64,000 bases of DNA, taken from positions 1 through 64,000 of the forward strand of contig JBDHHQ010000036.1 of the NCBI GenBank assembly GCA_039589315.1. The letters are read 5' to 3'. How positions within the stretch are numbered: position 1 is the stretch's first letter; the number at the start of each line of letters is the position of its first letter. The position numbers were made by a program, and so were the translations under genes. The DNA is from Gemmatimonadota bacterium (GTDB taxonomy: Bacteria > Gemmatimonadota > Gemmatimonadetes > Longimicrobiales > Gaopeijiaceae). This document shows, piece after piece, positions 55,729 to 64,000 of the stretch. The notes under the pieces were generated by a model. The model made no database searches. It worked only from the letters and a program-made list of their open reading frames with translations, and was not told the origin of the DNA.

Positions 55729-57152
55729 CGGATGCCGGCTTCGACGCGGTGGTCGGCGTGGACCTCCATGCGCTCGCCCGAAAGGGGACCGTCCACTTCA
55801 TGGGCATCGGGGGCGCCGGCATGTGCGCGCTGGCCGAGCTCATGGCGCGTTCCGGCGGACACGTCTCGGGCTGTGACGTGCGCCCCGGCTCAACGACCCA
55901 GTCGCTGGAATCGCTCGGCGTCCCCTTCCACCATGGACACGACATCGACCATCTGGAGGGCGCCGTGGCTCTGGTGATGTCCGCCGCGGTCCCCGCCGAC
56001 CACCCCGAGGTCCGGGCGGCACGGGAGGGTGGGATCCCCGTGCTGAAGCGGGCCGCTGCGCTGGGCGCGCTGGTGAACCCCGCCACCGTGGTCGGGATCG
56101 CCGGCACTCACGGGAAGACGTCCACCACCGGCATGACGGTAGAGGTTCTCGCCGCGGCGGATCTCGACCCGACGGGCCTGGTCGGAGGCCGGGTGGCGTC
56201 CTGGACGGGCAACCTCCGCATGGGTGGTGGCGACCTGTACGTGGTCGAGGCCGACGAGTACGACCGCTCCTTCCTGTCGCTGGAGCCGGACGTGGCGGTC
56301 GTGACCAACCTGGAGGCGGACCACCTGGACACGTATGGCGACCTCGCCGGCGTCGAGGCGGCCTTCATCGAGTTCGTGGAGCGGGTGCCGTCGGCCGGGC
56401 GGGTGGCCGTGTGTGCCGACGACCACGGGGCCTCCCGCCTCCTGGTGGGCCTGGGCGGCCGCGGGTACACCTACGGCCTGCAGGCGGGTGCTCAGCTCCG
56501 GGCCACGGACCTCGCGTTCTCGCCCGCCGAGAGCCGCTTCAGCGTGGTGGAGGACGGTCGGCGGGCGGGTGCCATGACCCTCTCCGTGCCCGGGCTCCAC
56601 AACGTGCGGAACGCACTGGCCGCCGCGGCTGTGGCCCGCCACCTGGGGGCCTCGTGGGACGCGATCAGGGACGGCCTGGGCGCCTACCAGGGCGTTGCCC
56701 GGCGTTTCGAGCGCTTCGGGGAGCACGGCGGCGTGGCGGTCGTGGACGACTATGCCCACCACCCGACGGAGATCCGCGCCACACTGGAGGCGGTGCGCAG
56801 CGCCTTCCCGGGCCGCCGGGCCGTGGCGGTCTTTCAACCTCACCTGTTCACGCGCACTCGCGACTTCGCCGACGAGTTCGGCGACGCCCTGACCCGGGCG
56901 GACGTGGTGTGGCTGACCGACGTGTACCCGGCCCGTGAGGCGCCCATTCCGGGAATCGACGGCATGACGCTGGTGGAGGCCGCGCGGGCCGCCGGGTCGC
57001 GCGAGATCCACTACCACGCCGACGTCACCGGGCTGGCCCAGGCGGTGGCCGGAGAGCTCCTTCCGGGGGACGTCTGCGTGACCATGGGTGCCGGCTCGAT
57101 CGAGGCAGTGGCGGGGGAGCTGGCGGGAAGGCTGGAGGCGATCCGTGCGTAG
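55725..57152 (+). CDS. murC: UDP-MurNAc:L-Ala ligase
   Basis: HFMGIGGAGM, GTHGKTSTT, EADEYD, DDYAHHPTE, FQPH. Confidence 0.96.
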   Translation: MTDAGFDAVVGVDLHALARKGTVHFMGIGGAGMCALAELMARSGGHVSGCDVRPGSTTQSLESLGVPFHHGHDIDHLEGAVALVMSAAVPADHPEVRAAREGGIPVLKRAAALGALVNPATVVGIAGTHGKTSTTGMTVEVLAAADLDPTGLVGGRVASWTGNLRMGGGDLYVVEADEYDRSFLSLEPDVAVVTNLEADHLDTYGDLAGVEAAFIEFVERVPSAGRVAVCADDHGASRLLVGLGGRGYTYGLQAGAQLRATDLAFSPAESRFSVVEDGRRAGAMTLSVPGLHNVRNALAAAAVARHLGASWDAIRDGLGAYQGVARRFERFGEHGGVAVVDDYAHHPTEIRATLEAVRSAFPGRRAVAVFQPHLFTRTRDFADEFGDALTRADVVWLTDVYPAREAPIPGIDGMTLVEAARAAGSREIHYHADVTGLAQAVAGELLPGDVCVTMGAGSIEAVAGELAGRLEAIRA

Positions 57153-57861
57153 GGTGAAGGTGTTCCTGGGCCTCGTGGTCGCGCTTTTCGTTGCATGGGG
57201 CGTGGTGGCGGTGCCCGGCCTCCTGGTGGAGACGGAGCTCTTCCAGGTCGTGGATTTCCGCCTGGAGGGCGCCGCGTACCTGACGCTCGAAGAGGCGGTC
57301 GACGCCTTGGGCGTTCCCCAGCGCGCCTCCATCTGGGACGACACGGAGATCTGGGAAGTGGCGCTCGAGGCGCACCCCCTGGTGTTGGACGCCCGGATCG
57401 GCCGCCGCCCCCCTGGCACGCTGCTCCTGAAGGTGAAGGAGCGTGTGCCGGTAGCGCTGGTGCCGTCACCCGCTCTCGAGCCGGTGGACGTCACCGGCAA
57501 CCGTCTACCCATCGATCCCGCACGGCACCGACTCGACCTACCGGTGATCCGGCCCTGGTCGGGGGTCCCCGGCTCCGATCTGACTCCTGAGCAGCTGCGG
57601 GCCCTGGCTCAGGAGATTCAGCGTCTAGCCGAGGCGGACCCGCAGTTCTTCGACGTCCTCTCGGACGTCGCTCGCGACGAGCGGGGAGACGTGGTGGTCC
57701 GGGCCGGTGAGCCTGGTGTCGCCTTTCGCTATAGCCCACCGCTGCCGGTGCAACGCCTGAAGGACGGGCTGCTGGTCCTGGACGACGTGCTCGGCCGATC
57801 TGAAAAGACGCCGCGAACCATAGACCTGCGTTACGTGGATCAGGTGGTCGTCCGCTACTGA
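57145..57861 (+). CDS. ftsQ: Cell division protein FtsQ/DivIB
   Basis: TM helix, POTRA domain, V.ER.PVA, IDLRY.DQVVVR. Confidence 0.9.
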   Translation: MRRVKVFLGLVVALFVAWGVVAVPGLLVETELFQVVDFRLEGAAYLTLEEAVDALGVPQRASIWDDTEIWEVALEAHPLVLDARIGRRPPGTLLLKVKERVPVALVPSPALEPVDVTGNRLPIDPARHRLDLPVIRPWSGVPGSDLTPEQLRALAQEIQRLAEADPQFFDVLSDVARDERGDVVVRAGEPGVAFRYSPPLPVQRLKDGLLVLDDVLGRSEKTPRTIDLRYVDQVVVRY

Positions 57862-57887
57862 CGACCCCCAAACCGGAACTGCGACGG

Positions 57888-59120
57888 ATGCGCTCGAACC
57901 TCATCGCCGGACTCGACATCGGAACGACCAAGACCTGCGCCGTCATCGCGGAGCTCGACGGTGACCCGCGTGGCCGCTTCGAGCTGAAGGTGCTGGGCGT
58001 CGGTCAGGCCCGCACCAGCGGCGTGCGCCGCGAGGTGGTAACCCACATCGAGGAGACCACCGAGTCGATTCGGGCCGCCATGAAGGAGGCGGAGCTCATG
58101 GCCGGCTGTGCCGTGGATCGACTCTACACCGGCATCGCCGGCGATCACATCGATGCGTTCTCGTCGCATGGCGTGGTAGCGATCGCCGCCGACGAGGTGT
58201 CGCCGGCGGACGTCGAACGGGTGCACACGGTGGCTCGGACGGTGGCGCTGCCGCCGGATCGGGAGCTGCTCCACGCCATCCCGGTGGAGTACCGGGTCGA
58301 CCGCCAATGCGGGATCCTGGATCCGGTGGGCATGGCCGGCACCCGCCTGGAGACGGACGTCTACCTGGTGACTTGCTCCTCCGCGACGGCCGGCAACATC
58401 CGCAAGGCGGTGTCCCGCTCGGGCTACTGCGTGCAGGAGCTGGTCCTGGAGCCCGTGGCGTCCGCTCGCGCGGTGCTCACCGAAGACGAGAAGGAGGTGG
58501 GGGTGGCCATGGTCGAGCTGGGAGGGGGCACCACGGCGCTGGCCGCCTACTACGAAGGCAAGATCAGGCACCTGACCATCCTGCCGGTGGGCGGGGTGAC
58601 CGTGACGACGGATCTGGTCAAGGGCCTCTCCATCCCGTTCGCCGAGGCCCAGCGAGCCAAAGAGGTACACGCCGTGGCGGTGGCGGGCCTGGTGGATCCC
58701 CAGGAGACGGTGGAAGTGCCGGGTCCCAGCCCGGGTCAGAGGCGACACGTGGCACGCGAGCTCATCGCTCACGTGGTGGAGCAGCGGCTGGACGAGATGC
58801 TGGGCATGGTCCACGACGAGCTAGAGCGGCAGGGCCTGCTCGGCAAGCTCGGGGCCGGCATCGTCCTGACCGGAGGCGCCGCCGCGCTGAACGGCACCAT
58901 CGAGCTGGCTCAGCAGATCTTCGCGGCTCCCGTCAGGGCGGGTGTTCCGTCCGAGGGACTCGGCGGACTGGCCGACTCCGTGGGCCGCCCGAAGTTCGCC
59001 ACCGCTGCCGGCCTGACGCTGTACGGCGCCGACCGATTCGGAGAGACCGGCCGGGGAGCCTCCACGCTGGCATCGGGCGTGGTTTCGAAGATGGGCGCCT
59101 GGCTCAGAGAGTTCTTCTAG
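57888..59120 (+). CDS. ftsA: Cell division protein FtsA
   Basis: GLDIGTTK, ELGGGTT, GIVLTGG. Confidence 0.96.
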   Translation: MRSNLIAGLDIGTTKTCAVIAELDGDPRGRFELKVLGVGQARTSGVRREVVTHIEETTESIRAAMKEAELMAGCAVDRLYTGIAGDHIDAFSSHGVVAIAADEVSPADVERVHTVARTVALPPDRELLHAIPVEYRVDRQCGILDPVGMAGTRLETDVYLVTCSSATAGNIRKAVSRSGYCVQELVLEPVASARAVLTEDEKEVGVAMVELGGGTTALAAYYEGKIRHLTILPVGGVTVTTDLVKGLSIPFAEAQRAKEVHAVAVAGLVDPQETVEVPGPSPGQRRHVARELIAHVVEQRLDEMLGMVHDELERQGLLGKLGAGIVLTGGAAALNGTIELAQQIFAAPVRAGVPSEGLGGLADSVGRPKFATAAGLTLYGADRFGETGRGASTLASGVVSKMGAWLREFF

Positions 59121-59180
59121 GAAACAGACGTCGAAGCGCGCACTACCCAACGCCGAGAGGCAAACACCCCGGAGGCACAG

Positions 59181-60449
59181 ATGATGATCTTCGAGTTCGA
59201 GGACACCCCCATCCGAAACGCTCGGATGAAAGTCGTGGGTGTCGGAGGCGCCGGCGGCAACGCGGTCAATCGGATGGTGGAGGAAGACCTCGACGGCGTC
59301 GAGTTCATCACCGCCAACACCGACGCGCAGGCGCTGAAGGGCTCAAGGGCCCAGGTGACGCTACAGTTGGGCAAGAAGCTGACACGGGGCCTCGGCGCCG
59401 GAGCCCGACCGGAGATCGGCCGACAGGCCATTGCCGAGAGCGTGGATGACGTGCGCCGCTCTCTCGAGGGTGCCGACCTGGTGTTCGTCACGGCGGGCAT
59501 GGGGGGCGGTACCGGCACCGGCGCGGCACCGGTGATCGGAGAGATCGCCCGGGAGCTGGGCGCCCTCACCATCGGCATCGTCACCAAGCCCTTCTCCTTC
59601 GAAGGAAAGAAGCGGTCGCGGCAGGCGCAGCAGGGCTTGGCCGAGCTCCGCCGGTGCGTCGACACGATGATCGTCGTCCCCAACGACCGGCTTCTGTCAG
59701 TGGTCCCCAAGGGCACGTCGTTCAAGGAGGCACTGAAGAAGGCCGACGAGGTGCTGCTGCACGCGACGCAGGGGATCAGCGATCTCATCCGCGTCAGCGG
59801 TGAGGTCAACGTGGACTTCGCGGACGTGCGGACCATCATGTCCTGCCGTGGGCCCGCGCTCATGGGCTCGGGCTTCGGCGAAGGGGACAACCGGTCGCAG
59901 GAAGCCGCGCAGGAGGCGATCTCGTCTCCGCTTCTGGACAGCGTGTCCATCGCTGGCGCACAGGGAGTGCTCATCAACATCACCGGTGGCATGGATTTGG
60001 CGATCGACGAGGTCACGGAGATCTCCACGATCATCCAGGAAGAAGCCGGCGACGAGGCCGAGATCATCTTCGGCGCAGTGCATGATCCGACCCTGGAAGG
60101 CCAGGTGCGGGTCACGGTGATCGCCACCGGGTTCGAGACGGCCGACAGCCAGGCCGACAAGGTGCTCCGGCCGAACTTCCGCAGGGTCTCGCAGCCGGCC
60201 GGCGGCAGCCAGGCCGAGGCGGGCCAGAGCGTCGCGCGGAAGGCCGCCCTGGCAGGCGGAGGTCAGACCTCGCTGCCGATGCCGGCGCGGCGGCTCGAGG
60301 TTCCGCTGCCCGGGGGCCTGCAGATGAGCGGGAGCACCCAACTCACACCCGCGGTCATGCCCGTCAGCCGGATGCCGGAGCGAGTCATGACCACGCACGA
60401 GATCGGGGAGCTCGACATCCCGACCTTCATCCGTCGGCAGATGGACTGA
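59181..60449 (+). CDS. ftsZ: Cell division protein FtsZ
   Basis: [26 protein letters not shown]-terminal LDIPTFIR. Confidence 0.98.
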   Translation: MMIFEFEDTPIRNARMKVVGVGGAGGNAVNRMVEEDLDGVEFITANTDAQALKGSRAQVTLQLGKKLTRGLGAGARPEIGRQAIAESVDDVRRSLEGADLVFVTAGMGGGTGTGAAPVIGEIARELGALTIGIVTKPFSFEGKKRSRQAQQGLAELRRCVDTMIVVPNDRLLSVVPKGTSFKEALKKADEVLLHATQGISDLIRVSGEVNVDFADVRTIMSCRGPALMGSGFGEGDNRSQEAAQEAISSPLLDSVSIAGAQGVLINITGGMDLAIDEVTEISTIIQEEAGDEAEIIFGAVHDPTLEGQVRVTVIATGFETADSQADKVLRPNFRRVSQPAGGSQAEAGQSVARKAALAGGGQTSLPMPARRLEVPLPGGLQMSGSTQLTPAVMPVSRMPERVMTTHEIGELDIPTFIRRQMD

Positions 60450-60520
60450 GGGAGATCGCGTTCCGGCGTAGGCCTGGCCGAGAGCCGCGCCTCGGCGTTC
60501 TGCCGGCCGCGTGTCGGATC

Positions 60521-60564
60521 ATAGGCACGGGGGTTCCCATTGGGGGACTCCGTCCTATTGTTGT
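60521..60564 (+). terminator. Possible terminator after ftsZ
   Basis: Imperfect hairpin ATAGGCACGGGGGTTCCC / GGGGGACTCCGTCCTAT followed by TGTTGT. Confidence 0.4.
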
Positions 60565-60662
60565 AGGTTGGGGATCGGCTTTCACGTCGCCCCGTGTTCG
60601 GGACCGTCCGCAGTGGGCGCGCTGCCTCATGGACGGGTCCTGGCGATCCGATACAAGAGGGT

Positions 60663-61964
60663 ATGGAAGAACGGCGATACAAGAGGGCGTTTGCCGTCCT
60701 GGCGCTGCTGGCCGTCGCGGTCGCGGCCGTGGCGTTGACGCTGCCACCGAAGGAATATCCGGACACCGGGCGCGTGTCGCCGATCTACGCCGTCGCGGCC
60801 GAGCGGCTGGACGTCCACACGCTGGCAGCAGGCGAGACGCTGGGCGGCCTGCTGGCGAGAAGCCCTCTCGAGCCCGGTGCCGTGAACGAGTTCCTCCTGG
60901 CCTTCCGAGAGCACGCCAGTCCGCGCCGCTTGCGCGCCGGTGTGGAGGTGTCGTTCCGCTGGCTCGGTGAAGGGCATCTCCGGGGCATCGACGTCACGCT
61001 GAACCCCGATGAGACCGTGCGGCTGACGCGGAAGGGCAACGGCTGGCAGTCCACGGTCGTCGAGACGCCGATCTACACGGACACGGTCTTCGCGACGGGC
61101 GAGATCGAGACGGTCCTGTGGAACGCCGTCGTGGGGAACCCGGGCCTCCACGATCTCCCCGCGGGGGACCGGGCGCAGATCATCCATTACCTCGATCAGG
61201 TCTTCCAGTGGCAGATCGACTTCTCGCGTCAGATCCAGGCTGGCGACACCTACCGCTTCGCCTTCGAACGTCAGGTCCGTCCCGACGGGTCCATGCGGAG
61301 CGGTCACGTGCTGGCCGCCGAGCTCGTCAACCAGGGCAAGGCATTCCACGCGTTGTGGTTCGACCCCAACGAAGACGGCAAGGGCACCTACTACGACCTG
61401 GACGGCGAGTCGGTCAGGCGGGCCTTCTTGCGGAAGCCCCTCGAGTTCCGGCGCATCTCATCGCGGTTCAGCGGCGGCCGGTTCCATCCGGTGCTCAAGC
61501 GTTGGCGGGCCCACCGCGGAGTCGACTACGCGGCCAACTCGGGCACCCCGGTCATGGCCACCGGCGAAGGTATCGTCCAGCGCAGGGAGAACGCCGGCAG
61601 CTGCGGCAACATGATCCAGATCCGCCATTCGATGGGCTTCGTGACGAAGTACTGCCACCTGCGACGGTTCGCCAAGGGAGTCCACGTGGGCACGCGGGTC
61701 GCCCAGGGCGAGGTCATCGGTCAGGTGGGCATGACGGGCCTGGCGACCGGCCCCCATCTGCACTATGAGATGATCCGCCACGGAAGCCACGTGGACCCCA
61801 TGGCCATCGAGCTTCCCGGTGGGGATCCGGTCCCGACCGAGGCCTGGTCACGGTGGGCCGGCCAGATGGGGCCACGGCTCGACTTGCTGAACCGCATGGT
61901 CGATCCGCTGGCCACCTTGGAGTCCACGCGCATCGCTGACGACACGGACGAGATCGACGGGTGA
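60663..61964 (+). CDS. M23 family peptidoglycan DD-endopeptidase (MepM-like)
   Basis: N-terminal TM helix, IDFSR.IQ.GD, RISSRF, HRGVD (HxxxD), ATGPHLHY (HxH). Confidence 0.92.
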   Translation: MEERRYKRAFAVLALLAVAVAAVALTLPPKEYPDTGRVSPIYAVAAERLDVHTLAAGETLGGLLARSPLEPGAVNEFLLAFREHASPRRLRAGVEVSFRWLGEGHLRGIDVTLNPDETVRLTRKGNGWQSTVVETPIYTDTVFATGEIETVLWNAVVGNPGLHDLPAGDRAQIIHYLDQVFQWQIDFSRQIQAGDTYRFAFERQVRPDGSMRSGHVLAAELVNQGKAFHALWFDPNEDGKGTYYDLDGESVRRAFLRKPLEFRRISSRFSGGRFHPVLKRWRAHRGVDYAANSGTPVMATGEGIVQRRENAGSCGNMIQIRHSMGFVTKYCHLRRFAKGVHVGTRVAQGEVIGQVGMTGLATGPHLHYEMIRHGSHVDPMAIELPGGDPVPTEAWSRWAGQMGPRLDLLNRMVDPLATLESTRIADDTDEIDG

Positions 61965-62037
61965 CCGACCTCCGGCTCCGCCGGATCCGACCTCGGCTGC
62001 AACACTTCCCACCTGAACCCACCGCTGCGTGGGCTGG

Positions 62038-63993
62038 ATGGACGCTTCTTCACTCGCATTCCTGATCGCGGCGGCTGGTGCCGCGGGCCTGGCGTTTCTG
62101 ATCTATCAGAGGCGCGAGCTGGTCGTGCCGGGACGCCCTCTGTTGGCGGCGTTGCGCGCTGCCGTGCTGGTGCTGGTGATCGGGTTGATCTGGAACCCCC
62201 AGCTCCCGGGCGACATCGCGCCCCAGGCGGCTTCCGACACCTGGGTCCTGGTGGACCAGTCCGAGAGCATGGCCGTGGCCGGCGCCGACGGCTGGGCCGG
62301 CGTTCTTGCCCGGGTGCGAGAACTGGCGCCGCCGGACGCCCGCATCGCCACCTTCGGCAACGACGTCCGCGTGATCCACAAGGACTCGCTGGACCGGATC
62401 ACCCCTGACGGACCCGCGACTCGCCTGGCGACGGCCGTCGAGCGGGCGGCCGAGTCGGGGGCCCGCAGAATCGTCGTGGTGTCGGACCTCCGCATCCAGG
62501 ATCCCGCCGCCACTGCCGCTGTGCTCGGGCGGACCCGGGCCGAGGTGGTCATCGAGGGCGTGCCCTCGGACCTGCGCAACGTGGCCGTGGCCGAGGCCAT
62601 CGCGCCTGGTGCGGTGGAGGCGGGCCAGGACATCGGCGTGGACGTGGTGGTGCAGGGTGAAGGCGTGGCCGAGGGCGACACGGTCACGATCGAAGTGCGT
62701 GGCGACGGCAGGTTGGTGGCGACCGGGCGCACCGTGCTACCGGCAGACGGCCGGCAGGTGCGCGTCCCTCTCACCGTGCCGGCGCCATCGGACGACGGCC
62801 AGGTTCGCATCACCGTACGCGCCATCCTCGACGGCGACGTGTTCCCGACAGACGACGAGCGGGTGCTTCGCGTGGACGTGGGGCCGGACATTCGCGGCGT
62901 CGCGCTGGTTTCCCTGCGACCCACATGGGAGCCGCGCTTCCTCCTGCCCGTTCTGCAGCAGGTCACGGGCCTGGAGGCCCGGGGATACCTTCGCCTCGCC
63001 GATGGCCGTTACCTCCTGGCGGGCGGTGGGGCGAGCGATCGGCGGAGCATGACCGAGGACGCGGTCCGCCAGGCCGTCGCCGGCGCGGAGCTACTGGTGC
63101 TGGACGGGGTCGGCGCGGGTGCGCCCAGCTGGCTCGCCGAGCACGCACGGGCCTCGGGTCGTCTGCTGGTCTTCGCCCATGACCCTCAGGGCGCGGCGCT
63201 GGCGGGTGTCGAAGTGGGAAACCCTCTGCCCGGAGAGTGGTATCCAGTCCCGGAGATCTCCGCGTCGCCCTTCGCGGCCGATCTGGCCGGGGCCACCTTC
63301 ACGGGGTTGCCGCCACTTTCGGGCCTGTTGCCATTGACGGGTGCAGCGCTCCCTCCGCCCCTGTACCTGGCGCGGGATGGGGCCGGCCGGCAGGAAGCAG
63401 CGCTGGCTCTGGCCACCGCGAACGGCAGGCGGAGGGCGGCGGTCCTGGCCTCGGGGTTCTGGCGCTGGGGGTTTCGGGACGGTGTACCGAAGGAGACCTA
63501 CCGGCGCTTCTGGGCGGCGGCCTCCGGCTGGCTCCTGGCTACCGAGGCCCTGGCCGGGGGGCCCGGGGTGCGGCCGACCGCCCCGGTCCTGTCACGGGGT
63601 GAAGCCGTGACGTGGCGGGCACCCGGGTTGGGGGGGGATTCGATGCGCCTGAGCGTAACGCGGGATGGCGTCACGGTGGTGGATACCGTCTTCGTGGTCC
63701 CCCCTGACGAGGTGTTTCGGACCGGCGCCCTGGCGTCGGGCACGTACGAGTACCGTGCCGAGACCGGTGACGGCTCGGAGGAGGGGGCTGGGGCGTTCGA
63801 CGTGGAGAGCTACGTCGACGAGCTGTTGCTGCCGCCCTCCGCCCCGAATCCCCTGCCGGCGGAAGATGGCACGGTGGCCCAGCAGGCTGCGCCGGTGGGT
63901 CGGCCGCTGCGCACGCAAGCAGTCCCCTATCTGTTGCTGTTGTTGCTCTTGTGCGGCGAGTGGATCGGCCGGCGTAGGCTCGGGCTCCGCTGA
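62038..63993 (+). CDS. Membrane protein with vWA-like and Ig-like domains
   Basis: Two N-terminal TM helices, VLVDQSESM (DxSxS), VVVSD, WRW motif, C-terminal TM ending EWIGRRRLGLR. Confidence 0.75.
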   Translation: MDASSLAFLIAAAGAAGLAFLIYQRRELVVPGRPLLAALRAAVLVLVIGLIWNPQLPGDIAPQAASDTWVLVDQSESMAVAGADGWAGVLARVRELAPPDARIATFGNDVRVIHKDSLDRITPDGPATRLATAVERAAESGARRIVVVSDLRIQDPAATAAVLGRTRAEVVIEGVPSDLRNVAVAEAIAPGAVEAGQDIGVDVVVQGEGVAEGDTVTIEVRGDGRLVATGRTVLPADGRQVRVPLTVPAPSDDGQVRITVRAILDGDVFPTDDERVLRVDVGPDIRGVALVSLRPTWEPRFLLPVLQQVTGLEARGYLRLADGRYLLAGGGASDRRSMTEDAVRQAVAGAELLVLDGVGAGAPSWLAEHARASGRLLVFAHDPQGAALAGVEVGNPLPGEWYPVPEISASPFAADLAGATFTGLPPLSGLLPLTGAALPPPLYLARDGAGRQEAALALATANGRRRAAVLASGFWRWGFRDGVPKETYRRFWAAASGWLLATEALAGGPGVRPTAPVLSRGEAVTWRAPGLGGDSMRLSVTRDGVTVVDTVFVVPPDEVFRTGALASGTYEYRAETGDGSEEGAGAFDVESYVDELLLPPSAPNPLPAEDGTVAQQAAPVGRPLRTQAVPYLLLLLLLCGEWIGRRRLGLR

Positions 63994-64000
63994 GCGCGGA

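Overview
GC-rich bacterial chromosomal window. A Gemmatimonadota-like origin is my impression from protein style and gene order and is not proven. From left to right it contains: (1) 1-7.3 kb, a lipid-linked glycan locus with a mycobacterial-type polyprenyl-phospho-arabinose pathway (DprE1, DprE2, UbiA-type DPPR synthase), a GT2 polyprenol-phosphate glycosyltransferase and three GT-C-fold membrane proteins; (2) a DUF4212 + sodium:solute symporter pair, a 44-aa probable Yip1 deletion remnant, and an STT3/AglB-like transferase lacking the WWDxG motif; (3) a sensor kinase + sigma54 activator divergent from a Tad/Flp pilus operon, which has a sigma54-like promoter, two pilins with identical mature sequence, an eroded TadG-like remnant, and extra DUF192, AAA+ ATPase and repeat-protein genes; (4) fdhD-mobA-mobB, ppsA, an orphan PAS kinase, an orphan ABC ATPase and a frameshifted GDPD; (5) an ECF sigma / zinc anti-sigma / three DUF4097 operon, a thioesterase and a TPR protein; (6) a dcw cluster (mraZ to ftsZ, without murB or ddl), an M23 peptidase and a vWA-like membrane protein. 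The best candidate for a new system is surface or pilin arabinofuranosylation next to a sigma54-controlled Tad pilus. All family assignments are by-eye motif recognition; no searches were run. No rRNA, tRNA, CRISPR array or transposase was recognised.
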